NCBI GenBank assembly: GCA_002633005.1 | Contig: NMRA01001247.1 | Coordinates: forward strand, 1-35,346 | Reading direction: 5' to 3' | Length of the DNA: 35,346 nt | Origin: Phoronis australis | Taxonomy: Eukaryota > Animalia > Phoronida | Notes under the pieces: generated by a model | What the model was told of the DNA's origin: nothing | Database searches by the model: none | Seen by the model: the letters and a program-made list of their open reading frames with translations, nothing else | Program-made: the position numbers and the translations under genes | Shown: piece after piece, positions 34,946 to 35,346 of the stretch | How positions within the stretch are numbered: position 1 is the stretch's first letter | How the letters are laid out: each line of letters starts with the position of its first letter

Positions 34946-35346
34946 GCAAGGAAAATGACCAAAATCGCGAACATGTGGTATCTGAAACTACCAGGGGGTG
35001 TTGGAGTATTTTTGTACGAGGGATGCCGCCCGAAAAGTTTGAAAACGTACCCGTTTAGAGAGCGGGCTCGGACAAAAAAGTGACCCATTTACAGATTAAT
35101 TTGTGTAAAAATTCACATTTTCGCACACTTTTATTCCTGATATTCAGGAACGGCACCTTTTAGATATAAGTTTGTCGAAAATGGCACCATTTTGGAGAGT
35201 ATTTTTTCTGTGAAAGAACACCCTTTTGGGCTGTACTTTTGGTATACCTCTTCTTTAAAATGCCCTCCGAGCTGACACGACATGAATCTGGCTACCTATT
35301 ATCATTTTTATTAGTATTACATTACTATTACTATTATTAATACTGT

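Noticed and set aside
34991-35270. Possible MITE with ccaggggg...ccctccgag ends
   Set aside because: Terminal inversion too degenerate and no TSD or second copy in the window.

Overview
AT-rich, intron-containing animal genomic DNA, probably from a marine invertebrate (inferred from the repeat landscape, not provable here). The main content is a head-to-tail pair of intact 5-exon minus-strand genes: copy A at 4008-11796 (~467 aa) and copy B at 25515-31476 (~465 aa), about 90% identical in protein by manual count. Both encode ATP-grasp amino-acid ligases that resemble only the C-terminal ATP-grasp unit of carnosine synthase (CARNS1) and have the size and motifs of bacterial L-amino-acid ligases such as BacD/YwfE. 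All splice sites used are GT-AG and keep frame. In copy B the only available start codon is split by intron 1 (AT|G). The paralogues differ in the predicted substrate-binding loop and share one 259-bp perfectly identical tract. The rest is a dense, nested set of decayed transposons: two Academ-type remnants, a TIR element with a 6-bp TSD, a Harbinger-like element with TAA TSD, a Kolobok-like THAP + P2X7-ballast remnant, a second THAP remnant, a BEL/Pao gag-protease fragment, an RTE LINE tail, a Helentron/HINE-like element, a foldback element and several MITEs. There is also a compound microsatellite, a CpG-rich minisatellite and a 395-N gap. Family assignments rest on remembered motifs, not database searches.
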